This document shows, piece by piece, positions 63,806-64,000 of a stretch of 64,000 nt of DNA; the first letter of the stretch is position 1; the number at the start of each line of letters is the position of its first letter. Location: positions 96,001 to 160,000 of the forward strand of contig CAVTHO010000003.1 of assembly GCA_963734545.1 (NCBI GenBank), given 5' to 3'. Position numbers and translations under genes: made by a program. Source of the DNA: an uncultured Spirochaetota bacterium. Lineage in GTDB: Bacteria; Spirochaetota; Spirochaetia; SZUA-6; Fen-1364. Under the pieces are notes generated by a model that was given only the letters and a program-made list of their open reading frames with translations, was not told the origin of the DNA and did not search any database.

Positions 63806-64000
63806 CAGTCGGCAAGAGCATCAGAGAGTCGTCCCTCTTCAGGCGCGCCACGGGCAGGACCGTCATCGTGGCCCTCGATCACGGCGGCATCGCGGGCCCC
63901 ATCGCGGGAATCGAGCGGCCCGCCGAGGTCGTCCGGGCCTGCCGCGAGGGAGGCGCGGACGCGATCCTCGCCACGCGCGGCGTGGTGACGGCCTCCCAGG
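63802..64000 (+). CDS. Class I DhnA/LsrF-family aldolase; runs off the right edge
   Basis: Read manually: MTVGKSIRESSLFRRATGRTVIVALDHGGIAGP...GGADAIL. Confidence 0.75.
   Translation, partial: MTVGKSIRESSLFRRATGRTVIVALDHGGIAGPIAGIERPAEVVRACREGGADAILATRGVVTASQ

Overview
High-GC bacterial chromosomal window, almost certainly from a spirochaete (periplasmic FlaB-type flagellin, BMP-family ABC transporter). Many single-base indels split otherwise intact genes, which looks like long-read consensus error. The left part holds a Zn/Mn ABC importer with two Fur/Zur-like boxes, HtrA, nitroreductase, SlyD and RluA. It also holds a small minus-strand operon: peptide-binding protein, a 31-aa Cys-Cys peptide missed by the ORF track, a 92-aa radical SAM/SPASM remnant and a hybrid histidine kinase. 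The middle has acyl-CoA ligase, a stand-alone MshEN protein, flaB, a divergent SorC-regulated locus (2-oxoacid dehydrogenase-like E1/E2, Tm-1-like pair, formyltransferase-like protein, atypical class II aldolase, epimerase) and a GT-C/GtrA/GtrB cassette. From ~35.5 kb to the right edge runs one plus-strand gene cluster: hydantoinase A/B, opine dehydrogenase, YgeW/ArgF'-like transcarbamylase, a selenocysteine-dependent glycine/sarcosine/betaine-type reductase (in-frame UGA in grdB and grdA), Mo-hydroxylase, amidohydrolase, a divergent PreA-like enzyme, a nucleoside-type ABC importer and sugar-processing enzymes. This cluster is the best candidate for an undescribed pathway. No rRNA, tRNA, CRISPR array or transposase was recognised. 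All family assignments come from motif recognition, not database searches.
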